Shown piece by piece: positions 41,370-58,800 of a stretch of DNA of 64,000 nucleotides; position 1 is the stretch's first letter; every line of letters starts with the position of its first letter. A program made the translations under genes and the position numbers. The stretch comes from the human T2T-CHM13v2.0 reference genome, Homo sapiens: the NCBI RefSeq assembly GCF_009914755.1, contig NC_060925.1, one strand, 5' to 3'. The notes beneath the pieces were generated by a model, which made no database searches, had not been told where the DNA came from, and was given only the letters and a program-made list of their open reading frames with translations.

Positions 41370-42500
41370 TCTTTTTTTTTATTTTGAAAGAATCTTAAAC
41401 TTAGAGAACAGTGCAAGAATAGAATAGTATAACTTATTTTTTCTTAGCTATTTGAAAGTTAGTTGCCAACACAATGGCCCATCACCTCCAAATTGTGTAT
41501 TTCTTATGCACAATGACATTGTCCTACACCTATGAAAACCAGGAAGTTAACATTGATACATTACTACCATCCAATCCTAGGTTCACCAATCATTCCACCA
41601 TGATCCTTTTCACAGCAAAAGGTTCCAGTTCAGAATCAAGGCTTCTGTTTGCTTGACTTTCATGAGCTTGACACTTTTGAAGACTAGAGGCCAGTTATTT
41701 TGTTGTATAATGCGTCTCAGTTTGGGGTTGCTTGATGTTTCTTCACGAATAGATTGAGGTTCTGCATCTTTGGCAGGAGCATCACAGTCATGATGCTGAG
41801 TTCTCATATCCTATCACGTGGTACATAACTTCAATCAGTCTTATTACTGATGTTATTAATTTTGATCACTAGGTTAAAGTGTTATCTGTCAGACTTCTCC
41901 ACTGTGAAGTTTCTCATTTTCTCTTTGAATTCCTAAGAATTTGGGAGTGGGGAGAGTTACTCTGAGAGAATGCATATATGACATTCCTCAGCAAACTTAG
42001 GACTTTAAGCACTGAACTCACAAATTCCTATTTTATTCAGTGAGTTATAACCTATTACTACCGTTATTTTGATGCTGAAATTGCCACAGATTTGGCTAGC
42101 AGGAGCCTCTTCAAGCTGACTCCTATGTCCTTCTGCTATATCCTCATCTTTGGACATTTCCTTACTTTATGAAACAAGAAGACATCCCAGGCTCATCTTC
42201 TACTTCTCTGTCCCAGCCCTGGAATCAGCCATTCTTCCAAAGAGCACCTTTAAGTAGCGAACAGTATTTAGAAGCCAAAGTCCCAGACTAGGTGTGCACT
42301 AGGTGTTACAGTTCCCAGGTCCTCTCAGTGGACACAGCCGGGAAATATACGTATGTGGAACACACAGACACAAAGATCTGCATCTATGTTTATTTCTACA
42401 CAGCTCTTTCTCTCTGTGGAATACCAAGAGTTCACACCAGTCTCTCTAATGAACAGAGTTTTATTCCAGTTCCTTCCCTTTCCAAAACAACCAGCCGTGT
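41370..42500 (-). mobile_element. Old L1 (L1MC/L1ME-type) 3' region
   Basis: ttttattttgaaagaatcttaaactt...ggccagttattttg...gatcactaggttaaagtg...cccagccctggaatcagccatt; limits approximate. Confidence 0.75.
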
Positions 42501-42813
42501 CTCTGTTGCCCTCTCCTGCCCGGCTGCCAGGTTTCCACGTGAATGCTCTCACTCCCCTGAGTTCAGACACTCAGCTTTGAGCCAAAGTGGCTTCCCTCTC
42601 TCCCAGGACCCCACGCTCCACAGTCAAGGCACTCAACTTGCTCTGCCTCATCTCATGACTTTTGAACTGAGCTTTAGAGAAACAGTAAGAACAAGACATT
42701 ATCAATTTCATAGATGAGTCTGAATATTTTAAATGTTTGCCATCATATTTCTGTAAAAATTGTGCTTCACGTGCTTTGTCTATTTACCTATACACACCTC
42801 ATTGATTTTAAAC

Positions 42814-43109
42814 TTTTTTTCTTTGTTTACAGATGGGGTCTTGCTCTGTCATTTAGGCTGGAGTACAGTGGCAAAAATCACAGCTCACTGCAGCTTCAAA
42901 TTCCGGGGCTCATGCAATCTTCCTGCCACAGCCTCCCAAGTAGCTAGGACCACAGGTGTGCACCACCATGCTGGCTTTTTTTTTTTTTTCCTGTAGAGAT
43001 GGATTTTGCTATTTTTCCCAGACTGGTCTCAAACTCCTGTGCTCAAGCAATCCTCCTGCCTTGGCCTCCCAAAGCACTGAGATTACAGGCATGAGCCACC
43101 ATGCCCAGC
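42814..43109 (-). mobile_element. Alu (AluJ-like)
   Basis: aatcacagctcactgcagc...ctcctgtgctcaagcaatcctcctgcc. Confidence 0.95.
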
Positions 43110-43344
43110 AGATTTCTTCTTGATTAGTTTACGCTGTATGTGTGTTAAAGGTATCAATGCTTTGGCTTAAATGTTGCAGATAATTTCTTGATATCTTATT
43201 TGGTTCTTGACTTATTTTTTTTAATAGAAAATTGTATTTTGTTGATTTAGAAAGCCTGAACCCCTTGCTACTTTTCTATTTCCTCTGAGCCCCATTTTTC
43301 TCTGAGCTTTTTGCATTTCTGAACTTCTCCATTACTCTCCACTC

Positions 43345-43553
43345 CAGTGATTCTCAATCAGGGCTGATTTTGCTCCTCCCCCTGGAAGTCTGGCAATGTT
43401 TGGAGACATTTCTGAGTCTGAAGACTGGGTAGGAAAGTATGATTAGCATCTAGTGGCAAAGGCCTAGGATACTGCTACACACCCTACAATGCACAAGACA
43501 GCCCCCACGACCAAAGGTTATCCAGCCCAAAATGTCACTAGTGTCAAACGCTG
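43345..43553 (+). mobile_element. MER20 hAT-Charlie element
   Basis: cagtgattctcaa...ggcaatgtttggagacattt...cctacaatgcacaagacagccccc...ttatccagcccaaaatgtca. Confidence 0.9.
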
Positions 43554-44789
43554 CTCTGGAGTCTCTCAAACGCTTTACAGCTATTCTTTTGATTTCTTCC
43601 AAAACAAGACATTAGAAAAGAAAGGCTAAAAGAGGAATATTTTTCATGTAGGCAATGACTTTTTCTAAATCCTAGGTCTGAGTTACAAATACTGGTCATA
43701 GAACCTTATAGAATCCAAAAGCATTGTCAAAAAGACCAACCAAAAAAACCCTATCTTTGTTATTTCCACAAAAGATGATCGTAGCTGTGTTCTTGACATA
43801 AAGGGACTCACCTAATTCATAAAGTTTTAAATCTGTGTTTGTCATGTGGTCAAGAATTCATATCTAGATTACCTAGGTCCATCTGTGCTATCTTAAATGC
43901 CAATGAAAGAAAAATGTAATTATTAATTTAATTTTTTCAAATCCTATAAGGCCAGTACCAAGGTACTAAATGTAAATATATACATACATATATATAAATG
44001 TACATATATAAAATACATAGTTTTAAAAATAAAGAACAGTATTACAAATAAAATTGTTGCTTTCTTGGAACTCAGGCCTTTGAAAGAAAATACATATATA
44101 GCAGCATGGCATGAAGCAATTTAACAAGATATGTAAGATATATTAGAAAGAAAGGAGATTTTTCTCTTCACAAACACAATATATATCTTCTTGGTTATAG
44201 ACTTGTTACTTGCCTGCCAGAAGAGTTTACTATCATCTTCACAAGTATTCAATTCTCAGAACCAAGGGATTTCACAGCCTCCTCTACCCAATCAAAGCAG
44301 TGTCTTATGGGGTCCGTCTGAACGTAATCCTGTCCTACTGACGGATTTGACATCTATTTCTGCCACCATTGCACAAGAACACAGCAGACTGCTGACTGCA
44401 ATAAGACTTATCTAGAGGCTAACAGGCAAGCAAAATCTATACTGATTTCCTTTTCTTCAGCACAATACCTTTTAAAAAGTACCATAAATAAAACAGTGTT
44501 CTCAAGACCTGTGATTTTCAACGAGAAATTACTAAACACATTGGGGAGGCTTCTTGTGGTCTTGATTTCCTAATGAGCTATGGGAAATTACATAATGAAG
44601 AGAATTCTTCTTGGCTTCTTAGGTTTCAAAAGCCTACAAAGTCTGTAAATTCTGTTTCCTTTCCAACAAACACTAAACCTAACTTGGTATTCGAAACTTT
44701 AACCTCTCCATTTCAAATGCTTTAGTTTTGGTCCTGACTCATTACAAGAAAGGAGGCTGTTAGAATAGCAAAATAATAATTATGATGAA

Positions 44790-45040
44790 ATCATAACAAT
44801 AATAACAGTAGCTAACACTTATTGAACTGAGCGCTATATGTCAGATAGTATTCTAAATGCTCTATCGGTGTAAACTCACATCATTCTATGATAAGCTACA
44901 AAGTAGATACTCATCATAATAATCAGTCGCATTTTATAGATAAGAAAACTGAAGCCCAGGAGTGTGAATAGGTTTTTCTAGGTTAGAAGCAGAATTGAAG
45001 TCAGAAAGCCTGACTGTAAACTCATGGTCTTAACCACTTT
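44790..45040 (-). mobile_element. MIR
   Basis: agctaacacttattga...cattttatagataagaaaactgaagccc...cttaaccact. Confidence 0.8.
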
Positions 45041-46589
45041 TCTGGCTCTCTGATTCCCACCCTCTCAACTTTTAACGTGACTGAATCTGAAACTCATCAT
45101 TCATTATAGCATCAAACCTACATCTCCCTCTTCTTAAGGCCTACCTGCATGAGCATGTACCTGTTCATACAGCTCCCAGAACAAACGTGTATAGGTTTGT
45201 CTAAGTAAACAGCAAATTTGATTGTAAACATAAAAACTAAAGAGAATATCATTGCTTTGTAAAGGTAACGGTGAATGATTCTCAACGCCAATACCAGAAA
45301 CATGTGACAATCACAAGGCAGTCACCAATTTAACAGAGAGAAGGAAAGTATGAAGTGTATCTCTCAGTCTCTGATAGAAGTTCCTTTCTTCACCTCGGGT
45401 GAAGGTCAGGAGTTCCACTTCTACTGCCCTTGCTGTCACCAAACAGCAAAGTTCAAGGAAGACAGAGGAGCTTTGAAGCCTTCTGACATGGGTACAGAAT
45501 TCTACTATGTCTTTTTGTTTGAGTACAAAATATAGCTCTAGCCTGAAGAAAGACTTAGAGTTAATCTTCCTGTGGTACAGATGGTATATTCTGATTCCTG
45601 ATCACCCACACTGCGCCACAGAGCCCCTGACACAGAATTGTCTGTAGTTAAGTAATGGGAGGTGAGGAAGTGGCCTCAGAGAAGGACTAACGTCCACAGA
45701 CTTGAGTTCGTACAACCACAAAAATACCTGCCTGGCCAACTAGCCACCCAGTCTAGCATAAAGATTGGTCATGCAGATTTGTGGAAAGAAAGAGGTCCAG
45801 GAAATGCTTCTTGGAAGGCAGAACATTTACTTATTCATCATTATATTATTGATCAGCCTCCCTACACCCTGATTAATTATCACTCCATTGATGAAAAGCT
45901 ATCTCAATTCAATTCTATTGCTTTCTCAGCAATACAGGCAAAAATTTTACATAGCAAGTTTTTTGTTTGTATATTTTTATTCATTTTTCAGCAAATCAAA
46001 ACCCATTCAAATGGAAAATGGAAAGATGGAAAAATGAAACTGTGCATTTCAATGTGATATTGAGCATAGGATATCAGCAGCTCACTTCGTGGGTTCTGTG
46101 TTGCTTCGACATTCTGTCTGTGACCTCTTGGAAGGTTTGACTGGTAGGGGCACAGCACTTCAAACTGTGACATAATCAGCGTTTCCTCTCCTAGGTTAAG
46201 AGGGACACTGATCGCTGGAAACATGAACATCCACAGCAACTAAGAGTGAGCACTGCTGAACACAGCCACAGACTGTGGTCCTTCGTTAAACAAATGAAAG
46301 TCTAAATCAAATGACGAGAGAACGCAAATTCATGATCATTATGAAGCAAATGCATTGCTGTACTTAAGACATCAGTCCCTCTACAGAGAGGCCATCACCT
46401 CTTTGCACAAGTCAATATGGGCAAAAATTGTTTTCAAAAACCAGGTTGGTTCTCAAACATTAAAATGCACATATCAGAGAAAAATGCTCTCTCAAGCATC
46501 TCTATACGAAGATGTTCATTACAGAAATGTTTGTTATGGTGGAAAATGAGGGCCAATGTCTATCAATAGGAGATTGAGTATGAGAACTA

Positions 46590-46790
46590 CAGTGCACAGC
46601 GAGGGGGTAAGAACGTGGGTTCTGGAGCCACGCAGCCTTGCTTTAAATCCTGACTTTGACACACACTAACAGTGCGACCTGAGGCAACTTACATAACCTC
46701 TGTAAATCTTGGTTTCCTCGTCTGTATATAAAGAGTTTAGTAAAACACTTGACATATACGAGCTCAATAAATGTTAGCAATTATTATTAT
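46590..46790 (+). mobile_element. MIR, within an old L1ME-like fragment (~46480-46990)
   Basis: gggttctggagcca...aacttacataacctctgtaaatcttggtttcctcgtctgta...gctcaataaatgttagc. Confidence 0.8.
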
Positions 46791-48009
46791 GCTACATTAT
46801 GTATATGGACATTTTAAAAAGATAGGGCTGTATCTATCAGCGTAGAAAGATGGCCTGTGTCATTGTTAAGAAAATGTTTCCAGCAAATTGTAGATGGGTA
46901 TAACTAATATAACTCTGCATGTGCAAATATTGTGTGGATACACATGGAAAGTATTCTGGGACACATACCAAATTGTTACAATAAATCCCTTTCAAAAATT
47001 AGGAGTGGCTGGGAGGAGAAGGCTTTCACTTCGCACTTTCCATGGTGCCAGGGTAATACCACCTCACAACAGTAAATAGCAAAAATAGCAACCTTAACTC
47101 TAGATTTTCTTATCTAAATTTTAATTCTGTGAAGAATTTTCCATTTCCCTTTTTCAAATCAGGATATAGGATGCAATTTAGAAAGAGTGAGATCACTTGT
47201 TAGACTGTACGATTTTTAAGCATCAATAAAGTATACCACCGAACTTCTCTACCAATCCATTCTCTAAACTTCCCAATCAGGTGTGCCTCTCCATTTAGGA
47301 CACAGGCAGGTTTTTGTTCCAACTCACAGTGTAACTGCCCTGGTTTCAGTATCCACGGTGAATGAGAACAGCTAAGAGACACAAGTGCTGGGAATTAAAG
47401 AAGCATCTACTTAAAAACCAAGCTCTTGCTAATCAGTGAGAAGAGTCTCAAGAGATGATATGCTGAAGGCACCGAGGGAGAGCTGTGTTGGAATGTCTGT
47501 CTGTGCATAACTGTGGTCCTTCAAAACGAGCAATTAGAAAACAGAGATGAGATAATATAGCTAGCTCTCGCAGATTAATCAAATGTGTCTTGTTACTAGA
47601 TTAGAGAATTCAAAGATATGACAGAGAATATTAAATGTCTGAAAATGACCAAGTGTAGCTGCTTGAATCATTTCCCCCACAGTTTTCAGTAGAAAAGAGT
47701 TGTTCTTTCCCATTTTCCAAAATCATTACTATTTTAGCATTGTCAAGGAAAAAAAAAGGACTTATGTTTTGTACTTTTCACAGTGTAGAGGATGATGCTC
47801 AGAATAAATTGTTTCACTTTGGGAGTTATATTTACTAGAAGAATGAAGCTCTTGCTTTCCACTTTAAGACAAAGAGAGGGACATACAACAAAAAAGACGG
47901 CACGTTCAGGGGCTACAGGGGCGTGAGTTCAAATCCTGGATTTCCAATTTCCAGCTATGTATCTTTGGTGAGTCATTTAACCTCAGAACCCACTTCACAG
48001 GACTATTAC

Positions 48010-48014
<5 letters not shown>

Positions 48015-48050
<36 letters not shown>
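48015..48050. repeat. (TG)18 microsatellite inside a MIR fragment
   Basis: Read directly. Confidence 0.99.
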
Positions 48051-48055
<5 letters not shown>

Positions 48056-48500
48056 GAAAAATATCACCCAGTACTTAGTACACACCTAGTAGTTGTTAGC
48101 TACTATTTCAGAGAGACTTCTGTGGATGGCATATACTGATGATTTGGTTAAAAAAATAAAGAATAAAGACAGTTAATTCTTTCAAAATTATTATATGACT
48201 ATCACTGTTAGGTGGGAGGGGATAAAATGAGGAACTACAGAGATCACTGAATTTACAGCAAATGTCCTGGCCAGGTAACCTAGAGGTCAAATTGAGATGA
48301 AAATCAGGTTGCTTCTATCATAGTCCAATATTTTTTCATACTCCATCAGATTCTGCTTTCTGCAATATAATATGGAAGCGAGAAAACAAGAAATATTCCA
48401 GGATACAGTCACAGATGTACTATATAGCTTACATTTTATCTTTTTCCCAAAAAAGAGGAACCTCATTCTGCCTGAACAACAAAAGGTTAAAGATGTATTG

Positions 48501-50157
48501 GTGGACAGCATCTAGGAAGAGAGATACAGGAAGTGGACAGCATCTAGGAAGGAGATACAGGAAGTGGACAGCATCTAGGAAGGGAGATACAGGAAGTGGA
48601 CAGCATCTAGGAAGAGAGATACAGCAAGTGGACAGCATCTAGGAAAACAGATACAGCAAGTGGACAGCATCTAGGAAGGGAGATACAGGAAGTGGACAGC
48701 ATCTAGGAAGACAGATACAGCAAGTGGACAGCATCTAGGAAGGAAGATACAGGAAGTGGACAGCATCTAGGAAGACAGATACAGGAAGTGGACAGCATCT
48801 AGGAAGAGAGATACAGCAAGTGGACAGCATCTAGGAAGACAGATACAGCAAGTGGACAGCATCTAGGAAGGGAGATACAGGAAGTGGACAGCATCTAGGA
48901 AGACAGATACAGCAAGTGGACAGCATCTAGGAAGGAAGATACAGGAAGTGGACAGCATCTAGGAAGAGAGATACAGGAAGTGGACAGCATCTAGGAAGGG
49001 AGATACAGGAAGTGGACAGCATCTAGGAAGACAGATACAGCAAGTGGACAGCATCTAGGAAGAGAGATACAGCAAGTGGACAGCATCTAGGAAGGGAGAT
49101 ACAGCAAGTGGACAGCATCTAGGAAGACAGATACAGCAAGTGGACAGCATCTAGGAAGAGAGATACAGCAAGTGGACAGCATCTAGGAAGGGAGATACAG
49201 GAAGTGGACAGCATCTAGGAAGGAGATACAGGAAGTGGACAGCATCTAGGAAGAGAGATACAGCAAGTGGACAGCATCTAGGAAGGGAGATACAGCAAGT
49301 GGACAGCATCTAGGAAGACAGATACAGCAAGTGGACAGCATCTAGGAAGGGAGATACAGGAAGTGGACAGCATCTAGGAAGGAGATACAGGAAGTGGACA
49401 GCATCTAGGAAGAGAGATACAGCAAGTGGACAGCATCTAGGAAGGGAGATACAGCAAGTGGACAGCATCTAGGAAGACAGATACAGCAAGTGGACAGCAT
49501 CTAGGAAGGGAGATACAGCAAGTGGACAGCATCTAGGAAGGGAGATACAGGAAGTGGACAGCATCTAGGAAGGAGATACAGGAAGTGGACAGCATCTAGG
49601 AAGACAGATACAGCAAGTGGACAGCATCTAGGAAGGGAGATACAGCAAGTGGACAGCATCTAGGAAGGGAGATACAGCAAGTGGACAGCATCTAGGAAGG
49701 GAGATACAGGAAGTGGACAGCATCTAGGAAGGAGATACAGGAAGTGGACAGCATCTAGGAAGAGAGATACAGCAAGTGGACAGCATCTAGGAAGGGAGAT
49801 ACAGCAAGTGGACAGCATCTAGGAAGACAGATACAGCAAGTGGACAGCATCTAGGAAGAGAGATACAGCAAGTGGACAGCATCTAGGAAGGGAGATACAG
49901 GAAGTGGACAGCATCTAGGAAGGAGATACAGGAAGTGGACAGCATCTAGGAAGGGAGATACAGCAAGTGGACAGCATCTAGGAAGGAGATACAGGAAGTA
50001 GACAGCATCTAGGAAGACAGATACAGCAAGTGAACAGCATCTAGGAAGGGAGATACAGCAAGTGGACAGCATCTAGGAAGGGAGATACAGCAAGTGGACA
50101 GCATCTAGGAAGGGAGATACAGCAAGTGGACAGCATCTAGGAAGGAAGATACAGCAA
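48501..50157. repeat. 32-bp minisatellite (VNTR), consensus GTGGACAGCATCTAGGAAGGGAGATACAGSAA, ~52 units (some 31 bp)
   Basis: Read directly; variants at gggag/gagag/gacag/ggaag/ggag and cag(G/C)aa. Confidence 0.99.
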
Positions 50158-50664
50158 ATCTAATTCAGAAGAAAAGAAACAGATTGCCCTGAATATGACA
50201 GTGGCCATCAGAAAGGGAGCTGTACCCTCCACCCAAATGTGTCCCAAACACAAAGACGTCTCACATCCCTCTAAAAACCGAAAAGAGGTACCAGTACTGT
50301 GACGGTCATTTTCTGGAATTCATTAATTGAATCATGAAGAGAATTATGTAAGGTCAAAACACTCATACCTCAGAAAAAGCTGCGTCCTATACACTAGGCT
50401 AGCCCACACCAACCACAAAGAAAGCACAGACAGAAATTTCCAGGACTTGGTGTCTTTGCAAAGACAGAGACTCCAGCCATAAGCTTAGCAATGTACCCTC
50501 TTGATGAAGGAAGTGAGCATGATCTCTCCCTTTGTCATCTGAGTGATGTATGATTAAGCTCAATAGAGGTATAGATTCAGTGATGTTACTGAGAGGAAGC
50601 AACAGAATTTTCAGTGACCTAAGGTGCTATATGTGAGAGTCCCAAGTGTTCTAAAGAAAAACCT

Positions 50665-50987
50665 GGCCCAGCACAGTGGCTCATGCCTGTAATCCCAGCA
50701 ATTTGGGAGGCCGAGGCAGGTGGATTACCTGAGGCCAGGAGTTTAAGACCAGCCTGGCCAATATGGTAAAACACTGTCTCTACTAAAAATACAAAAATTA
50801 GACACACGTGCTGGTGGGAAGTCCCAGCTACTTGGGAGGCTGAGGCAAGAGAATCGCTTGAACCCAGGAGGTAGGTTGCAGTGAAGGCAGAGATTGCAGT
50901 GAGCCAAGATCGTGCCACTGCACTCCAGCCCATGTGACAGAGTGAGTGAGACTTCATCCCCCACCCGCCAAAAAAAAGAAAAGAAAA
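50665..50987 (+). mobile_element. Alu (AluS-like) with a small internal duplication (ttgcagtga twice, ~50876-50902)
   Basis: Full dimer. Confidence 0.95.
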
Positions 50988-51194
50988 TGAAAACCCATAC
51001 CAGAAAAAAAGTTTCTCTTTCTTCAAAAACAGTCCTTCTTTTGACCTTCCCTAGGTCTTGCAGAAGAGAGCATAAAGAAGTCTTAGATCAAATACTCATT
51101 TATATCAGTGACTTCTAAGTAATTACCTGCATCTATAGGATATACAGAGTTTAATCACATACCCTTGAAAGACGCACTCCACTAAACAAAATTA

Positions 51195-52848
51195 TAAGTA
51201 CACCTCATTGCGTGTACTGAGCTTCACTCTGCTGTGCTTCATGGATCTTGTGTTTACTAGATAGAAGGTTTGTGAATCCTTTGTTGAACAAGTCTATTAG
51301 CACCATTTGTCCAATAGCATGTGTGCACTTCATGTGTCTGTTGTCACATTTTGGTAATTCTCACAATAATTCAAACTTTTTCACTGTTCTATCTGTGATG
51401 CTTATCAGTGTTCTTTGACATTACTACTGTAATTGTTTTGGGGCACCATGAACAGTGCCCATATGAGACAGTTAACTTAATCCATGAATGTGTGCATTCT
51501 GACAGCTTCACCAACTTCATTCCTGTCTCTCTCCCTCTCCTCAGGCCTCCATATCCCTGAGACACAATAATACTGAAATTAGCCCAGTTAGTAACCTTAC
51601 AATGGCCTCTAAGTGTTCACGTGAAAGGAGGAGTTGCACATCTCTCGCTGTGATTCAAGAGCTAGAAATGATGAAGCTCAGTGAGGAAGACATGTCGAGA
51701 ACTAAGATAAACTGAAAGACACATGTGTTGCACAAAACAGTTAGCCAACTTGTAAATGCAAAAGAAACACTCTTGAGGGAAATTAAAAGTGCTACTCCAG
51801 TGAACACACAAATAATCAGAAAGTGAGACAGCCTTATTGCTGATAGGGAGAAAGTCTGAGTGATCTGGACAGAAGATCAAATAAGCCACAATATTCCCTT
51901 AAGCCAAAGCCTAATCCAGAGGAAAGCCCTAACTTGCTTAAATTCTATAAAGGCTGAGAGAGGTGAGAAACGACAGAAGAAACGGTGGAAAGTAGCAGAG
52001 GTTGGTTCATGAGGTTTAAGGAAAGAAGCCATCTCCGTAACTTAAAACTGCAAGGTGACGTTGCAGCAAGTTATCAAGAAGATCTAGCTGAGATGACTGA
52101 TGAGGGTGGCAACAAGGAAAAGCAGACTTTCAGTGTAGATGAAACCGCCTTATATTGGGATGAGATACCATCTAAGACTTCCATAACTAGAGGAGAGGTC
52201 AATGCTTTGCTTCAAAACTTCAAAAGACAGAATGACTCTCTTGTTAGGGTCTAATGCCAGCTGGTGACTTTAAGTTGAAGCAAATGTTCATTTACCATTT
52301 AAAAAATCCTACAGCCCTTAAGAACTGTGGTAAATCTGTACTGCCCATGTTCTACCAATGTAATAACAAAGCCTGGGTGACAGCATATCTGTTTTTAAGC
52401 ATAGTTTACTGAATATCTGAAGTCCATTCTTGTGACCTACTGCTCAGGAATAAGATTGCTTTGAAAACATTACTGTTGATTGACAACGCACCTAGTCATC
52501 CAAGAGCTCCGATGGAGATGTACAAGAAGACGAATGCTGTTTTCTTGCCTACTAACACAAAATCTAGTCTTCAGCCCATGGATCAAGGAGTAATTCAACT
52601 TTCAAGTCTTATTATTTAAGAAATACATTTTGTAAGGCTATAGCTGCCATCAATATTGATTCTTCTGATGGATCTGGGGACAGTAAATTGAAAACCTTCT
52701 GGAAAGGATTCACTATTCCAGACACCATTAGGAACACTCATACTTCATAGAAGGAGATCAAAATATCAACATTAACAAGAGTTTGGAAGGTTGATTCCAA
52801 TCCTCATGGATGACTTTGAGGGGGTCAAATCTTCAGTGAAGAAAGTAA
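51195..52848 (+). mobile_element. Tigger1 (TcMar) DNA transposon, 5' ~1.65 kb, with a decayed transposase reading frame
   Basis: TA plus a degenerate left TIR. atggcctctaagtgttca at 51602 is the transposase start. ORF 51985-52254 (SRGWFMRFKERSHL...FSVDETALYW) and cagcccatggatcaaggagt (QPMDQG) are pogo/Tigger motifs; stops and frameshifts present. Confidence 0.93.
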
Positions 52849-55522
<2,674 letters not shown>

Positions 55523-56270
55523 GGAGTTGCACCATCGCCACACCTGTCACATAGATCATAAATACAAACCCGCACACAAATTACGTTATTTACTATGTAT
55601 CATTGATGTCAGAGCCCTAAAAAGCCTTATTAAGCCTCTTGACTACAGTTTTCAAACTTTTTTTTGCAGTGGAACGCTTACATCAAACAATGTTACGTAA
55701 ATCCCAAAATAGAATCCCCCAGTAACAGTGATCTCATGAAATCAAGGCAAGGCATGTGGACGTGTTTAGTGGGGGTGCACAAGCATGCCTGTGCTTGTAG
55801 GGAGAGGACAGGGCTGCTTCCCCAAAACACTGTTTGAAAAAATCACTGATGTATTACAAGCTTCTTATTCCCAGACAAACTTAGTATGGAATCACCTGCC
55901 AGGTAAGGAACTTGCTTATACATAAAGTGAGGGCTATAGACTAGACCTTTTATCTGTATGTTTCTAGCAATGTTTTATGACACTATTATACAGGGTTTTC
56001 ATAGGAAATCACATAAAGAAAGGACCATTGATACGATAATCATTATAATAAATCATACTAAATGATCTTGGTAGCAAACTAGTTGTCAAGCAAAGAAGGA
56101 TTATGGGTTTATTCAGACCAACTTCTGGAATCTTATTTAGGTATTAAATATATATTAAATATCAAGGTCAGAAACCAAATGAAGTATTAACTGGCAAAAT
56201 CCATTATTACAATAGAAATAACATTGATCCCTGGAAATAAAAATTATTTCAGATTAAAAAGAAGTTATGG

Positions 56271-56596
<326 letters not shown>

Positions 56597-57809
56597 TTAC
56601 TGCTATGAAGATAAAATTAGGTTGGTTTCATTCTAGCTTTATTGTAGTCTGCAGAGACTAAATTGAAATCAGCCATTTTAATTCAGAAACAATATTTAGG
56701 CTGTAGAAAGCAGAGTGATAACCACCCTGCCTTTGTTTAAAATCTCTGAGACAGAAGGGATATTTCCTGTAGCAGCATAAATTACAGAGACTCTAAAGTT
56801 ACGTTGAAACGACCCTTACACCCTCGAAGCAACGTGCAATTTTGTGGCTGTAATTTTCTCAAACTGCTTAATAAAACCTTCTCCTTTTTATCAGAAAAAA
56901 AGAATAAACAAAATACCAAGAACTCCATAAAAGGCATACAAGGAACATTACTCCACTTTCAGCCATGAAGTATTAATAATTAACTGTTGGGCAGGCAAAC
57001 TGAGTTAGCAGTCTTTTCCCACAGGACATCTTCCTGTCAAAATGTCACCCAGAAATAACCCTGTAGATTACAGGAAGGGGCTGCAATTCCCCACAGTGCA
57101 TCTCATAACCATAAATGGCCTCAGAGTTTCAGTACCTGTCATGATCAGGTCACCTAACACCTGGGAATCTCTCACTCTCCCCCTCCTCTACCCACATATT
57201 TGCCGCTAACACACCAATAATTGATAGTATCTGCATTTCTGAGCATTACCAGCCATGAGCTGCCTGCCCTAGCACTGAAGGAGAGACAGATGGCAGCCAG
57301 ACAGAACGGGATGGAGAGCTCATATCCGAGTCCTGGCTCTGCCCTTGATTCACTGAGCAACAACCTCTCACCAAAGATGGGATCATAAAGCTCCATTCCC
57401 TCGCATTCAAATGCTAGGAATCCTAATTTGATAATTTCTACCATGAACTTTGGTGTCTTCTGTACTCATATTTGCTTTCTGCTCTTTTGAGGAAAAAAAT
57501 CAGATACAATATTGTGACTATGAAATCATCTTCTCATTTTTAGTGATTCAAGGTCAGGTGAAAACAGAACCGTTAGTTTCCATTCCAAACACTGATACAT
57601 GTAAAAGGTTATATACTTTAGCAGAGTCCTCACTGGAAAAGATGTAGATTTGGAGAGTTCAGGCAGACATGGGTTCAAGTACTGGCTCCACTACTTAACT
57701 AGTTATGTAATTTTGGGTATGTGAACTAACTACTCTAGGCTTTAATTTCCTCAAATGTATATAATAAGAATGATAATCATGAATGCTTTAGGGATCGCTG
57801 CAAGTTGCA

Positions 57810-58800
<991 letters not shown>

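Noticed and set aside
55640-55850. Possible short hAT-type element (cagttttcaaact...tttgaaaaaatcactg ends)
   Set aside because: Only the termini are suggestive; I could not assign a family.
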